Below, piece after piece: positions 9,144-19,447 of a stretch of 64,000 bases of DNA. The position numbers were made by a program, and so were the translations under genes. The DNA comes from an uncultured Devosia sp. Lineage in GTDB: Bacteria > Pseudomonadota > Alphaproteobacteria > Rhizobiales > Devosiaceae. The notes beneath the pieces are model-generated. The model saw only the letters and a list, made by a program, of their open reading frames with translations, ran no database searches and was not told the origin of the DNA. Numbering within the stretch: the stretch's first letter is position 1; every line of letters begins with the position of its first letter. The DNA lies in the NCBI GenBank assembly GCA_964399695.1, contig CAYNRZ010000015.1, forward strand, positions 11,167 through 75,166, in the 5' to 3' direction.

Positions 9144-12008
9144 TCACCCCTCGGGCTGGGATACCATCTCCAGCACGCTGGCGAGCGAGACGAAAGGTAT
9201 TCCCATGTGCTCGCTGAGCCCGGTGGCGCAGGTCGAGACAGTCGACACGCCGAGCGTGCAGCCCTCCGGGATCTGCGCTTTGGCGAAACGGGTGGCGTGA
9301 GCGTTGAGTTCGGGAACGAACAGCCCCTTGTCGCCGGCATAGCCGCAGCAGGTGATGGCATCGAGCACCACAACCTTTTCGGCGACGGCGGCAGCGATCC
9401 GCTCGATGGCGGCCTGCTCCTTGAGCCGCTGGGCCGAACAATTGTGGTGCACGGCCACGGCCGGCAGCTTCCGGGTGATCTTCAGCCGCGGCAGCACTTC
9501 GGCCACAAGGAACTCCGCCGAGTCGTGGACCTTCGCGGTGCCGGGGTGTTCGCGAAGGTGTTTGGCGCAGGTCGAGGCATCGGTCACGACGGGAGCCCCG
9601 TTGCCGGACATGCCATCGAGCGTGTGCCGCAGTGGCGCGCCAACCCGTTCGGCCTCGGCGGGGAAGCCCTTGGACAAGAACGGCTGACCGCAGCACTGGC
9701 CGTCCGCATGCTCCGGAATCTTCACTGCATAGCCCGCGCGGCCGAGCAGTGCCACCATCGCATCGGTGGTGGGCAGCATGCCGTTTTCGCGCGCCGGGGC
9801 GCCGAACATGCGCGTGGCGCAGGACGGGAAGTACACCACCTCGCCAAGCGGCGCGGCGGCTTGTGGCGCTGGCTTCGGCGCCCCGGGCCCGGGTCGGAGG
9901 GCGCGCGAGACTCGCGGAATCCGTTCGCCGCTGAGCTTTCGCATCGTGCCGGCGATTGCGTCGGTGGCGCCGCTGCCGATCACCCTTCGGCTGAGGGCTT
10001 GGGCGCCGACGGCGAGTTTCATCGTGGTTTCGACTGCGCCGGTATGTGCGGCGAGCCATTGCGCGGTCTTCCTGTCAGCATCGTCGCGGCGGCGCCCCCG
10101 CTCGCCGATCACCATGGTTCCGGTTTCGATCCCCACCGGGCAGCGCAGCGAGCAGAGATTGCACGCCGCACAGGTGTCGAGCCCGGCATACTGGAAGCCC
10201 TCGTCCAGCGCGGCGAGGCGGTCGGGGTCCTCGCCGGTCAGGCGCAGCCTCGCCCGCTCCCGCGACACGACGATGCGCTGGCGCGGTGAGAGGGTCAGAT
10301 GCAGGCTCGGGCAAGCCGGTTCGCAGAAGCCGCATTCGATGCACATGTCGACCAGGTCGTCGGTCGGCGCCATCAGCTTCAGATTCTTGACGTGGATGTC
10401 GGGGTCGGCGTTGAGGATCACGCCGGGGTTGAGCAGGCCCTCGGGGTCGAACAGCGCCTTGATGCGGTGCATCAGCCGATAGGCCTTGCTGCCCCACTCG
10501 GCCTCGACGAAGGGCGCGATGGCGCGGCCGGTGCCGTGCTCGGCCTTGAGCGAGCCGCCGTAGCGCACCGAAACCAACTCGGCGAGCGCCTTGTTGAACA
10601 CGTCGAAGCGCTCCACGGCCGTGGGGTCCATGAAGTTGTCGGCCATCAGGAAGTGCAGATTGCCGGCCAGGGCGTGGCCGATGATCACCGCCTCAGGATA
10701 GTTGTAGTCGTCGAGCAGTTGGCGGAGGTCGAGCACGAACTCGGCCAGCCGGTCGATCAGCGCGGCGACGTCCTCGGTCAGAAAGCTTGTGCCCTTGGGC
10801 CGCGCCGCGCCGCCCGAGGCAAAGAAACCCTTTCGTACATCCCACAAGGCGTCGGACTTGGCGTCATCAACAACGAACGCGACATGGCTCGCGCCCTCTT
10901 CGCGGCAGATGGCCGTCGCCTTGGCGATCTCGGCTTCGAGCGTCGCCAGGTCCGGCGCGCTGATGTCGATCAGCACGCCCGGAGAGTTTTCGCCGAGATA
11001 CGGCAAGTACGGCTGGATGACGGGAACATGCTCAACCGTCGCCAGCGCCCGGCGCTCCATGTACTCGGCGGCGGTGACCCCGGTGGTGGTCTGTACGCCG
11101 CCATTGGCGAGACGGCTGATGGCCCTTGCGCAGGAGTAGGGGTCGGGGAAGATGACGAGGTCGCTCGATTTGAACGGGTGCTCGTCGATGGTGCGATAGG
11201 TCACCTCGGAGACAAAGCCGAGCGTGCCCTCCGAGCCGACGATCAGGTGGATCAGGATGTCGATGGGGTCGTGAAAGTCGATCAGGGCGTTGATCGAATA
11301 GCCGACCGTGTTTTTGATCCGGTACTTGTGGTGGATCAGTGCCACCAGCTCGGCATCTGCCATCACTTCGTGGTGCAGTCGGTGCAGGCCATCGAGCAAC
11401 TCGGCATGCGTCGCACGGAAGCGTGCCACCGATTCCGGATCGCCCGAATCGAGAATAGTGCCGTCGACCAGCATCACCCGCAGCCGCTGCATGGTGTGGT
11501 AGGTGTTGTAGGCGACGCCGCAGCACATGCCCGAGGAATTGTTGTTGACCACGCCGCCGATCTTGCAGGTGGCCTGGCTGGCGGGATCGGGCCCGAGCTT
11601 CTTGTTATAGGGCTTCAGGCGCTTGTTGACGTTGGCGACGATATTGGCCGGCCCCAAGGTCACCCGCTCGCCCTGGTCGTGGATTTCGACATTCTTCCAG
11701 CCGTCTCCGAGCACGGCGAGGACGCCATTAGTGATGGCCTGGCCGCTCAGTGAGGTGCCGGCGGCACGGAACGTCAGCGGCAGCCCCTCGGCGCGCGCCG
11801 CTTCGATGGTGGCGCGCACCTCGTCCTCGGTGTTGACGATCACCACCACGGCCGGCTCGAGCCGGTAGGAGCTGGCGTCACCGGAATAGGCGTAGGTCAT
11901 CACCGGATCGGTCATGATCCGGTCCTTGCGGATGGTGCCGGCCAGTCTCGTAGCGACGGCGGCGCCTGCTGCCGCGCGGTCCTTGCCCATGGGCGCCATC
12001 TGATTCAC
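9144..12008 (-). CDS. FAD-binding and (Fe-S)-binding oxidoreductase (GlcD-like + GlcF-like fusion, YdiJ-type)
   Basis: 954 aa. GTG start at 12008 with GAGG 6 nt upstream. N-terminal FAD/PCMH-type oxidase domain. 4Fe-4S motifs CIECGFCEPACPS and CAACNLCSLRCP. C-terminal Cys-rich (CCG-like) repeats. Confidence 0.85.
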   Translation of the reverse strand: MNQMAPMGKDRAAAGAAVATRLAGTIRKDRIMTDPVMTYAYSGDASSYRLEPAVVVIVNTEDEVRATIEAARAEGLPLTFRAAGTSLSGQAITNGVLAVLGDGWKNVEIHDQGERVTLGPANIVANVNKRLKPYNKKLGPDPASQATCKIGGVVNNNSSGMCCGVAYNTYHTMQRLRVMLVDGTILDSGDPESVARFRATHAELLDGLHRLHHEVMADAELVALIHHKYRIKNTVGYSINALIDFHDPIDILIHLIVGSEGTLGFVSEVTYRTIDEHPFKSSDLVIFPDPYSCARAISRLANGGVQTTTGVTAAEYMERRALATVEHVPVIQPYLPYLGENSPGVLIDISAPDLATLEAEIAKATAICREEGASHVAFVVDDAKSDALWDVRKGFFASGGAARPKGTSFLTEDVAALIDRLAEFVLDLRQLLDDYNYPEAVIIGHALAGNLHFLMADNFMDPTAVERFDVFNKALAELVSVRYGGSLKAEHGTGRAIAPFVEAEWGSKAYRLMHRIKALFDPEGLLNPGVILNADPDIHVKNLKLMAPTDDLVDMCIECGFCEPACPSLHLTLSPRQRIVVSRERARLRLTGEDPDRLAALDEGFQYAGLDTCAACNLCSLRCPVGIETGTMVIGERGRRRDDADRKTAQWLAAHTGAVETTMKLAVGAQALSRRVIGSGATDAIAGTMRKLSGERIPRVSRALRPGPGAPKPAPQAAAPLGEVVYFPSCATRMFGAPARENGMLPTTDAMVALLGRAGYAVKIPEHADGQCCGQPFLSKGFPAEAERVGAPLRHTLDGMSGNGAPVVTDASTCAKHLREHPGTAKVHDSAEFLVAEVLPRLKITRKLPAVAVHHNCSAQRLKEQAAIERIAAAVAEKVVVLDAITCCGYAGDKGLFVPELNAHATRFAKAQIPEGCTLGVSTVSTCATGLSEHMGIPFVSLASVLEMVSQPEG

Positions 12009-12106
12009 GTCAAACCTCGTCGGGTCGGAGAAGCTGACATGTTAGGCGGAAAACCCGGCCGAGGGGAGTCGTCCCACGGCCGGAACGTTCGGTGCGGGAT
12101 GGATCG

Positions 12107-12847
12107 CTACACGGCCGGGCCGGTATCCGGCTCACGACGGCCCGCCCGGATGGCCTTCAGCGCCTCGGCAAGAATCGCGGCGACGCGGCGCTGCTCGGCG
12201 GGGCCCTCGGTCTCGGCGCGACGCGCGGCCTTCTTGATTGCCTTGCGCAGTTCGTCGAGGTCCGCTGGTTCCGTCGTCTCGGTGGAGTTCCCTTGCTGCG
12301 CCTGCGGCTCCGGTCCACCGAACGGCCAGCCACCATGCTGCATATCGCGGAACTTCTGCGCCTGTTCCGGCGTGAACGGAAAATCCGGGCTCGACATCCG
12401 CTCGCCCCACTCGCGCATCTTGCTGCCGGCGCGGGAGAGGAAGTTCAGCGTCGACTCCACCGCCTCGCGATTGTCGGAGAGGTGGGTGCGGCCCGCCTCG
12501 GTGATGGCGTAAAGCTTCTTGTTGCCCTCAGTGCTCGACGTGGTGAAGCCGGCCTCCTCAAGATAGGTCAAGGCGGGATAGACTACGCCGGGGCTGGGCG
12601 AGTAGAACCCCTTCGACATATCTTCGATAGCCTTGATCAGGTCGTAGCCGTGACGCGGCTGCTGTTCGACCAGATAGAGCGCAACGAGGCGAAGGTCGCC
12701 CGAGGCGAGCATCTTGCCAGCCCGGAAACCACCCGACCAGTCGCCCATGTCGAAGTTCAGGTTGCTGCCAAAGCGGCGCATGCCGCGCCGTGCCATGGCC
12801 TCCATCCGGCGCCACTGCCGGTCCCATCTGGGATCATCGTCGTGCAT
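12107..12847 (-). CDS. PadR family transcriptional regulator
   Basis: ORF 12107..13021(-). Start ATG 12847 (GGAG 8 nt upstream). GDLRLVALYLVEQQPRHGYDLIKAIEDMSKGFYSPSPGVVYPALTYLEEAGF is the PadR winged helix. Confidence 0.85.
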   Translation of the reverse strand: MHDDDPRWDRQWRRMEAMARRGMRRFGSNLNFDMGDWSGGFRAGKMLASGDLRLVALYLVEQQPRHGYDLIKAIEDMSKGFYSPSPGVVYPALTYLEEAGFTTSSTEGNKKLYAITEAGRTHLSDNREAVESTLNFLSRAGSKMREWGERMSSPDFPFTPEQAQKFRDMQHGGWPFGGPEPQAQQGNSTETTEPADLDELRKAIKKAARRAETEGPAEQRRVAAILAEALKAIRAGRREPDTGPAV

Positions 12848-12860
12848 TTCGAACACTCCA

Positions 12861-12931
12861 AGATATATCAAGACTGAATCACAATTGATAGTGGATGATA
12901 GGCCTTTCAAGACTGACACGAAGATATATCT
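12861..12931. repeat. AT-rich repeat set in the PadR/MFS divergent promoter region
   Basis: AGATATATC-AAGACTGA (12861-12877) and CAAGACTGA-cacga-AGATATATCT (12908-12931). AGATATATCT is self-complementary. Confidence 0.5.
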
Positions 12932-12985
12932 GGGTGCGTGGTGGGTGCTTCGGCTCCCGCTGAACGGCATCCTGAGCCGATGAAC

Positions 12986-13009
12986 GTTTTCGACCGGACT
13001 GTCGAAAAC
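12986..13009. promoter_or_regulatory. Perfect 9-bp inverted repeat, candidate operator (PadR?)
   Basis: GTTTTCGAC-N6-GTCGAAAAC, lying between padR and the MFS gene. Confidence 0.35.
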
Positions 13010-13188
13010 CGCACCACCCAATCGTCATGCTGCTGACGTTGTCTGTCACCTCATCCCGTGAGAAGCAGCGGCGGTCGGACTGGGCGATGCAGGCGCGTCA
13101 TGCAATTACGGGGCTGGTCGCTGAGAACGCAATCTGGCAAACAGGCCGACCCTTCCTGGCTTTTCCAATTTCTTCAAAAGGCACCGCA

Positions 13189-14673
13189 ATGGCCACCGAG
13201 ACCTTGACTGATCATTCGCCTGCCGCGACGGCCCCGATCAGCGCGGAGACTTCGGCCCGCAACCGATTGGTCATCGGCTTGTTGCTCGTCTCGACCTTCG
13301 TGGTCTTTCTCAACGAGACGATCATGAGCGTGGCGATTCCGCATCTCATGGACGATCTTGGAGTGACGGCTGGTCTCGCCCAGTGGCTGACCACGGCCTT
13401 CCTGTTGACCATGGCCGTGGTGATCCCGATCACCGGGTTTCTGCTGCAGCGCCTGAACACCAGGCCGATCTTCATTCTCGCCATGTCGATCTTTTCGGTC
13501 GGTACGCTGATCTGCGCCATTGCTCCCGGCATCGAGTTGCTCATCGCGGGACGCGTCGTGCAGGCGGTCGGCACGGCCATTATGATGCCGCTGCTGATGA
13601 CCACGGTGATGACGTTGGTGCCGCCGATGAGCCGTGGCAAGGTGATGGGCAATATCTCGATCGTCATGTCGGTGGCGCCGGCCATCGGGCCGACGATTTC
13701 CGGTTTGATCCTCAATTACCTCGACTGGCGCTGGATGTTCATCCTGGTGCTGCCGATCGCCATCGGGGCCCTGCTGCTCGGTCGCGCCCGCATGCAGAAC
13801 GTCACCACGCCGCGCTATGCACCGCTGGATGTTGCCTCGGTGATCCTCTCCGCCCTGGCCTTTGGCGGTATCGTCTTCGGGCTGTCCAGCCTGGGCGAGG
13901 CGGCTCATGCCGAGCAGATGATCCCGGCTTGGGTGCCGCTGGTCGTCGGGATCGTCGCCATGGCGCTGTTCGTCTGGCGCCAGCTGCAGCTACAACAGGC
14001 CGACAAGGCGCTGCTCGATCTTCGCACGCTGAAGTCTCGCAACTACACGCTCAGCGTGACGCTGATGGCGGTGGCGATGATGGCGCTGTTTGGCACGGTG
14101 ATCCTGTTGCCGATCTACACGCAGAACATCCTTGGCATCTCGACGCTCGAGACCGGGCTGCTGCTGTTGCCGGGCGGGTTGATCATGGGCCTGATGGGCC
14201 CGGTTGTCGGCCGGCTCTACGACAGGATCGGGGTGACGCCGCTGCTGGTTCCCGGCACGATCCTTGTGGGCGCAGTCATGTGGGCGCTGACGCTGGTCGA
14301 CGCCAACACCTCGATCTGGGCGGTGCTGGCGGGTCACGTCACCATCAGTGTCGGCCTGGCGCTGCTGTTCACTCCGGTGTTCACCGCGTCTTTGGGCTCG
14401 CTCCCCATGCAGCTTTACTCGCATGGCAGCGCCATCCTCGGCTCAGTGCAGCAGGTGGCGGGGGCTGCCGGCGTGGCGCTGCTCGTCGCAGTGATGACCA
14501 TGCAGACAGCGTCGGCGACAGCGGGCGGGGCCGAGCCGGTTGCGGCACTGACCACCGGCATTCATGCCGCCTTCACCTGGGGCGCAGTGATCTCGATGGT
14601 GGCAGTCGTTCTCGCCTTCTTCATCCGCAAGCCTGCCGACAACCCGCAGATGGCCGGGATGGGCGGCCACTGA
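13189..14673 (+). CDS. MFS transporter, DHA2 (EmrB/QacA-like, 14-TMS) drug:H+ antiporter family
   Basis: ORF 13027..14673. Start ATG 13189 (MATETLTDHS...). LLVSTFVVFLNETIMSVAIPHLMDDLGV...WLTTAFLLTMAVVIPITGFL, many TM segments. Confidence 0.88.
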   Translation: MATETLTDHSPAATAPISAETSARNRLVIGLLLVSTFVVFLNETIMSVAIPHLMDDLGVTAGLAQWLTTAFLLTMAVVIPITGFLLQRLNTRPIFILAMSIFSVGTLICAIAPGIELLIAGRVVQAVGTAIMMPLLMTTVMTLVPPMSRGKVMGNISIVMSVAPAIGPTISGLILNYLDWRWMFILVLPIAIGALLLGRARMQNVTTPRYAPLDVASVILSALAFGGIVFGLSSLGEAAHAEQMIPAWVPLVVGIVAMALFVWRQLQLQQADKALLDLRTLKSRNYTLSVTLMAVAMMALFGTVILLPIYTQNILGISTLETGLLLLPGGLIMGLMGPVVGRLYDRIGVTPLLVPGTILVGAVMWALTLVDANTSIWAVLAGHVTISVGLALLFTPVFTASLGSLPMQLYSHGSAILGSVQQVAGAAGVALLVAVMTMQTASATAGGAEPVAALTTGIHAAFTWGAVISMVAVVLAFFIRKPADNPQMAGMGGH

Positions 14674-14696
14674 GCCCGACCTACGCCCGAAAAGAC

Positions 14697-14737
14697 GAAA
14701 GGCGCTCGACCCGTGTGGGGGAGCGCCTTTCTCTTGC
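14697..14737. terminator. Hairpin terminator between the convergent MFS and ppa genes
   Basis: GAAAGGCGCTC...GAGCGCCTTTC followed by TCTTG. Confidence 0.55.
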
Positions 14738-14832
14738 GGTGGGACGAGGCTGCCGGGAGGGAACAGCGCCCCTTCGACCAACCGTTGCCCGGGATATATG
14801 ATCGGGTTGGTCGTGTTTCAAGGGCCTGGGGT

Positions 14833-15366
14833 TCAGCCGGCGGTTTTTGCCCGCTCGATCGACTCGAGGATCACCTGACGGGCCTCGGCGGCGGTGCCGA
14901 TCCGCTCGATCTTGGCCCATTTGCCGGGCTCGAGGTCCTTGTAGTGGGTGAAGAAGTGCTTCACCCGCTCGAGCTGGATTTCCTGCATGTCGCCGATATC
15001 GTGGATGCCGTCATACATGCGCGTCAGCTTGTGCACCGGTACGGCGAGGATCTTCTCGTCGGTGCCGCCATCGTCTTCCATGAACAGCACGCCGAACGGG
15101 CGCGAGCGCACCACGGCCCCAGGAACCAGCGGGCGCGAGTTCATAACCAGCACGTCGAGCGGGTCGCCGTCGCCACAAAGGGTGTGGGGCACGAAGCCGT
15201 AGTTCCCGGGGTAGCGCATCGGGGTATAGAGGAACCGGTCGACGAACAGGGCGCCCGAGGCCTTGTCGATCTCGTACTTGATCGGCTCGCCGCCCAGCGG
15301 CACCTCGATGATGACGTTGAGATCGTCCGGCGGATTCTTGCCGATGGGGATGGCATCGATATTCAT
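14833..15366 (-). CDS. ppa: Soluble inorganic pyrophosphatase
   Basis: Start ATG 15366 ([23 protein letters not shown]...[23 protein letters not shown]...). Confidence 0.93.
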   Translation of the reverse strand: MNIDAIPIGKNPPDDLNVIIEVPLGGEPIKYEIDKASGALFVDRFLYTPMRYPGNYGFVPHTLCGDGDPLDVLVMNSRPLVPGAVVRSRPFGVLFMEDDGGTDEKILAVPVHKLTRMYDGIHDIGDMQEIQLERVKHFFTHYKDLEPGKWAKIERIGTAAEARQVILESIERAKTAG

Positions 15367-15472
15367 GGTCGGGCCTTGGCTGGATAGTTCGGGGCGTTTT
15401 GGCCCATTGGATGCCATGATGGCAAGGCACGCTGGTGCGATGGTGCCATGCAGGGAGAGGATTTTGATCGCG

Positions 15473-16036
15473 ATGGTTCATTTCAGGGCCTGCCTGGCCG
15501 CTGCGGCGCTTGGATTGCTCGGCCTTTCCGGCCCGGCGTCGGCGCAGACGGTGATCTCCACCTATACCGATGTCGATCTCGACACCTGCACGGTGGTCAG
15601 CGCCGACGATTTCGGTGCCACCTGGGCCTGTCCGGGCTACAAGGGCATTCCGGTGATGATCGGAGAAGGCGACCTGCGCTTCTTCGTCTCCTACGGCCTG
15701 ACCTCAACCACGGAGCGGGCGGCCGAGCAGACCTTGCCGCCGTTCAACCATCTCGGCCCGCGCATCGAGTGGCGCATCGGCAATGTCGGCGGCGAGATCA
15801 CGCCGTTCGCAACCATCCTCAGGTTCTTTGTCGCCCGTCCGGATGGCGAAGAGGGTGAGGGGCAGGTGCTGGTGGTGACGCGGCTTGGCACGGGCGCCAC
15901 CTGCCATGTCGCCTATATCGATGCGCTGGCGAACCCGAATGCCAACGAGTTGGCGCGGAAGGCCGCCGATGAGATTGCGCAGGATTTCGACTGCGCCAAT
16001 GAACCCGATATCATCGGGGAGTTCACGGCGTGGTAG
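15473..16036 (+). CDS. Exported hypothetical protein (4 Cys)
   Basis: ORF 15263..16036. Start ATG 15473 gives signal peptide [25 protein letters not shown]. Coding-like composition. No family recognised. Confidence 0.6.
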   Translation: MVHFRACLAAAALGLLGLSGPASAQTVISTYTDVDLDTCTVVSADDFGATWACPGYKGIPVMIGEGDLRFFVSYGLTSTTERAAEQTLPPFNHLGPRIEWRIGNVGGEITPFATILRFFVARPDGEEGEGQVLVVTRLGTGATCHVAYIDALANPNANELARKAADEIAQDFDCANEPDIIGEFTAW

Positions 16037-16042
16037 CTCTGC

Positions 16043-16363
16043 TCAGATTCTGACCGCGGTGCCCGAGACCGAGACCATCAGCATCGAGCCGCCCTGGCCG
16101 ACGACTTCGTAGTCGATGTCGATGCCGACCACGGCATTGGCGCCGAGGCGCTCGGCTTCGGCCCGCAATTCGTCGAAGGCCTGCCGGCGTGCATTGCGCA
16201 GGGTCGATTCATAGGCGCCGGCGCGGCCGCCGACGATGTCGCGAATGCCGGCGAACAGATCCTTGAAGATGTTGGCACCCACGATCACCTCGCCGGTGAC
16301 GATGCCGAGATAGTCGCGGATCGGCTGGCCTTCGATTACCGGCGTGGTGGTGGTGATGATCAT
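16043..16363 (-). CDS. YbjQ family (UPF0145) protein
   Basis: Start ATG 16363. [52 protein letters not shown]...[13 protein letters not shown]. Confidence 0.85.
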   Translation of the reverse strand: MIITTTTPVIEGQPIRDYLGIVTGEVIVGANIFKDLFAGIRDIVGGRAGAYESTLRNARRQAFDELRAEAERLGANAVVGIDIDYEVVGQGGSMLMVSVSGTAVRI

Positions 16364-16809
16364 GTCGCTGGCCCGGCATTGTCGCTCGAAATCTCGAGGC
16401 GCAATGTGGTGCGGTCGCGGGCCGAAACGCCGATCAGTTCGGCGATGCGCCAGACCATGTTGTCCTCGAGTTCGTGGTTCTTGCGGTCGGCAAACACCAC
16501 CTGCCACATCATGCGGATGATGCCGAGCTTCTCGGAGGAATCGAGCGAGGTCAGCGCCGAGGTGAAGCGATAGAAGTCCACCGATTCCTGGTCGCGTCGG
16601 GTGGCCTCGGCGACCAGCGTTTCCACCTCGCCGTTGCTCAGGCCGTAGTGCTGCATCAGGGCGGCTTCCAGGGCCTTGCGCTCGGCAGGGGTGACGGTGC
16701 CGTCGATGGCGGCCAGATGCACGAGCAGGGCGGCCGTGGCCAGCTTGGGATCCATGCTGAGCATGGTGGCGTCGGGCCGCGTGAACAGGCTGCGCAGGGC
16801 TTCGAACAT
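16360..16809 (-). CDS. TerB-family (tellurite-resistance TerB-like) protein
   Basis: Start ATG 16809 (MFEALRSLF...). [23 protein letters not shown]...[33 protein letters not shown]. 4-nt ATGA overlap with ybjQ. Confidence 0.75.
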   Translation of the reverse strand: MFEALRSLFTRPDATMLSMDPKLATAALLVHLAAIDGTVTPAERKALEAALMQHYGLSNGEVETLVAEATRRDQESVDFYRFTSALTSLDSSEKLGIIRMMWQVVFADRKNHELEDNMVWRIAELIGVSARDRTTLRLEISSDNAGPAT

Positions 16810-16954
16810 GGCGGCTCCTTCATTTCCGGCAACGAAGATAGGGGCTGAAGGCGACAAGGGGAAGTACCGGGCGCGTGCCTCGCCCTCTCGTGTTCCGGGT
16901 ACAGCAGACAGCCTTAGCAAGACTCTTTTCCTTGACTCCTACCCTCGCTTTGAT

Positions 16955-16969
16955 GTTCTCTTTTTGTTC
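16955..16969 (+). promoter_or_regulatory. Alphaproteobacterial LexA (SOS) box
   Basis: GTTC-tcttttt-GTTC, an exact GTTC-N7-GTTC direct repeat, 24 nt upstream of the imuA GTG. TTGACT at 16932-16937 is a possible -35. Confidence 0.8.
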
Positions 16970-16992
16970 TCATCAAGCCCAGGGAGGCTCCC

Positions 16993-17847
16993 GTGACGGG
17001 CCTCGTACGCTCAGAACTCGACGCCCTCAGGGCGCGCATCGCCAGCATCGAAAACCGCCGGCCGCTTGCGGACGGGCCGGATGTTTCGGCTCGTCGTGGC
17101 CAGGGCGAATCTCGCTCGGATCCGTTCCGGGTGCCGGCCGGGCTGGTCCACGAAATCTTCGCCGACGATACACGCAGCGCCGGGGCAGCGCTCGGCTTCG
17201 CACTCGGGCTGTCGCGCCAGCAGGTTGAGGGCGAGAGGCAGGGGGTGCTGTACCTGCAGCTCGTTGGGGAAGCACAGGAAATCGGCCTGCCCTATGGGCT
17301 CGGTCTCGCCCGGTTCGGCCTCGATGCCCGACAACTCGTATTGGGACGCATCGGCAGCGTTGCCGAAATGCTCTGGGCGCTCGAGGAGGCGATCGCGTGC
17401 CGCGCGGTGGCAGCGGTGGTTGCCGATTTCGCCGCCCATCCCAAGGCACTGGATTTCACCATTTCCCGGCGGCTGGGGCTGCGCAGCGCTGCTTCAGGCA
17501 CCTCGGTGCTGCTCTTGCGCTACGGACGGGAGCGCGAAGCGAGCGCGGCGCGCCTGCGCTGGCGGGTGGCTCCGGCAGTCAGCGCCGGCATGCCGTTCGA
17601 TGCGCAGGCGCCGGGGCCACCACGCTTCCGGGTCGGCATCGAGAAACGGCGATTGGGTGGCACGAGCCAGCGCGCCGAAGGTCAGGAACTCCTCGTGGAA
17701 TGGACTGAAAATGGCTTCGTCCCCATCGCACCAGCACTGGAGCCAAGACAATTGCCTGCAAACCCCGCTGCTTGGCCTCGACATGGCGCGACGCTTCCTC
17801 GTGCTCTGCCTGCCGCGCTGGGCGACAGACTGTCTCAGACGGGCTGA
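16993..17847 (+). CDS. imuA: ImuA, SOS-induced mutagenesis cassette protein (RecA/SulA-like)
   Basis: 284 aa, GTG start. It sits upstream of imuB-dnaE2 and behind a LexA box. Contains the LHEI... motif region typical of ImuA. Confidence 0.8.
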   Translation: MTGLVRSELDALRARIASIENRRPLADGPDVSARRGQGESRSDPFRVPAGLVHEIFADDTRSAGAALGFALGLSRQQVEGERQGVLYLQLVGEAQEIGLPYGLGLARFGLDARQLVLGRIGSVAEMLWALEEAIACRAVAAVVADFAAHPKALDFTISRRLGLRSAASGTSVLLLRYGREREASAARLRWRVAPAVSAGMPFDAQAPGPPRFRVGIEKRRLGGTSQRAEGQELLVEWTENGFVPIAPALEPRQLPANPAAWPRHGATLPRALPAALGDRLSQTG

Positions 17848-19447
17848 TCCGGAGCTGGCCGGTTCGGACCGGCCGCTCGTGCTGTGGGAGCGGGTGAAGG
17901 GCGCCATGCGGCTCGCGGCCGTCGATGTTGCTGCTGCGAGGCAGGGTCTGCACCCGGGGCAGAATCTCTCCGATGCCCGGGCGCTGGTCCCCGCGCTCGA
18001 GGTGCGCGAACTCGATCCGGTCTTTACCCGGCAGGTGTTTGCCGATTTCGCCGACTGGCACGCCAATGCCAGCCCGATCGTCGCGGTGCTCGATGAGGTG
18101 GCCCCCTGGGGCGAGCTGGTGCTCGATATCACCGGTGTCGCGCATCTGTTCGGCGGCGAAGCGGAGATGCTCGCCCAGTTGGTAGACCGGCTCAGACGGC
18201 TCGGTTTCACCGTTGCCGGGGCCATTGCCGATACGGTCGGGGCAGCCTGGGCCGTGGCGCATTACGCACCGGGCAGCATTGTTGCCCGCGGTGGACAGAA
18301 AACCGCGCTGGCGCCCCTGCCGGTGGCGGGGCTGCGGCTTGAGACGGCCGAAGTCGATGGCCTCACCCAGATGGGTCTCAAGCAGATCGGCCAGCTCTAT
18401 GGCCGCGACCGCAAGGCGCTGCAGGCACGCTTCGGCAACCGGTTGATCACCCGGCTCGATCAGGCGCTGGGTGTCTTGGCCGAACGGGTCACCCCGCGCC
18501 TGCCCGTCACCGAGCACCAGGCCGAGCGGCGCTTTGCCGAGCCGATCGGCTATATCGACGACGTGATGATGACGGCGCGGGATCTGGCGGTCGAGATCGC
18601 CCATGGTCTCGAGGCGATGGGGCTGGGCGCGCAGAGCTTTCATCTCATGCTGTTTCGCGTCGACCACAAGGTGATGACGCTGTCGGTCAATGCCGCCCGC
18701 GCCACCCGCGATGCCGCCCATATCGCGCAACTGTTCGTCCATCGCTCCGAACGGCTCGAAGGCGAATATGACGCCGGCTTCGGCATCGACAGCATCCGGC
18801 TGGTCGCCACCTCGCTTTCCGATCTCGACAGCGTGCAGATCGGCGCCTTCGACATCCGCGACGGCGCCCGCGACATCGAGCGGCTCTACGACCGGATCAG
18901 CAGCCGGCTTGGCCCCGAGGCACTGCTGCGCAGCAAGCTGGTCAACACCCATATTCCCGAGCAGGCGATCCGGCTGGAGCCGGTGGTGGCGCGTACCGAG
19001 GACGATCCAGCCGCCATCGCCGCGCCCATGCCCGACCGGCCGCTGCGGCTCCTGCCCGGACCCGAGCCCATCGACGTCATTGCCGAGGTGCCGGATGGTC
19101 CGCCCAAGCGCATGGTGTGGCGCCGGGTGTCCTATCGGGTGTTCAAGGCGTCGGGGCCGGAGCGAATCGAAGCCGAATGGTGGCGCTCCGGGCAGCGGCT
19201 GGCGGCGTTGGAGCCGCCGCAATCGCGTGAAAAGAAAGCCGACCCCCGTGATGATCCCAAGAAAGCGCGCCGCAAGGCCGAGGAGACGCCGCATGTCTCG
19301 GCGCTGGCACCCTTCGATCCCATGGCGGTGACGCGCGACTATTACGTGATCGAAGACGATGGCGGGCGCCGCTTCTGGGTGTTCCGCATCGGGCTGTATG
19401 GCGGCGATGCCAAGCCGCGCTGGTTCCTCCACGGGTTCTTTTCATGA
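17783..19447 (+). CDS. imuB: ImuB, Y-family DNA polymerase-like protein
   Basis: Inside ORF 17066..19447. Start ATG 17783 (MARRFLVLCLPRWATDCLRR..., the typical ImuB N-terminus). The upstream part of the ORF is out of frame with, and overlaps, imuA. Confidence 0.85.
   Translation: MARRFLVLCLPRWATDCLRRADPELAGSDRPLVLWERVKGAMRLAAVDVAAARQGLHPGQNLSDARALVPALEVRELDPVFTRQVFADFADWHANASPIVAVLDEVAPWGELVLDITGVAHLFGGEAEMLAQLVDRLRRLGFTVAGAIADTVGAAWAVAHYAPGSIVARGGQKTALAPLPVAGLRLETAEVDGLTQMGLKQIGQLYGRDRKALQARFGNRLITRLDQALGVLAERVTPRLPVTEHQAERRFAEPIGYIDDVMMTARDLAVEIAHGLEAMGLGAQSFHLMLFRVDHKVMTLSVNAARATRDAAHIAQLFVHRSERLEGEYDAGFGIDSIRLVATSLSDLDSVQIGAFDIRDGARDIERLYDRISSRLGPEALLRSKLVNTHIPEQAIRLEPVVARTEDDPAAIAAPMPDRPLRLLPGPEPIDVIAEVPDGPPKRMVWRRVSYRVFKASGPERIEAEWWRSGQRLAALEPPQSREKKADPRDDPKKARRKAEETPHVSALAPFDPMAVTRDYYVIEDDGGRRFWVFRIGLYGGDAKPRWFLHGFFS

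Noticed and set aside
7968-10289. 773-aa plus-strand ORF
   Set aside because: It is antisense to the RumA-type methyltransferase and the YdiJ-like oxidoreductase, and it crosses their intergenic gap. The composition is Arg/Gly/Ala-rich with no recognisable domains.
13383-14801. 472-aa plus-strand ORF overlapping the MFS transporter in another frame
   Set aside because: It is a +1-frame read-through of the MFS gene. The product is Arg/Gly/Ala/Asp-rich and non-membrane-like, while the annotated frame gives 14 clean hydrophobic segments.
17066-17782. N-terminal 239 codons of track ORF 17066..19447 as part of ImuB
   Set aside because: This part overlaps imuA out of frame and has a junk-like sequence. 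The canonical ImuB N-terminus (MARRFLVLCLPRW) begins at ATG 17783.
17579-19432. 617-aa minus-strand ORF
   Set aside because: Antisense to imuB. No motifs, Arg/Gly/Pro-rich.
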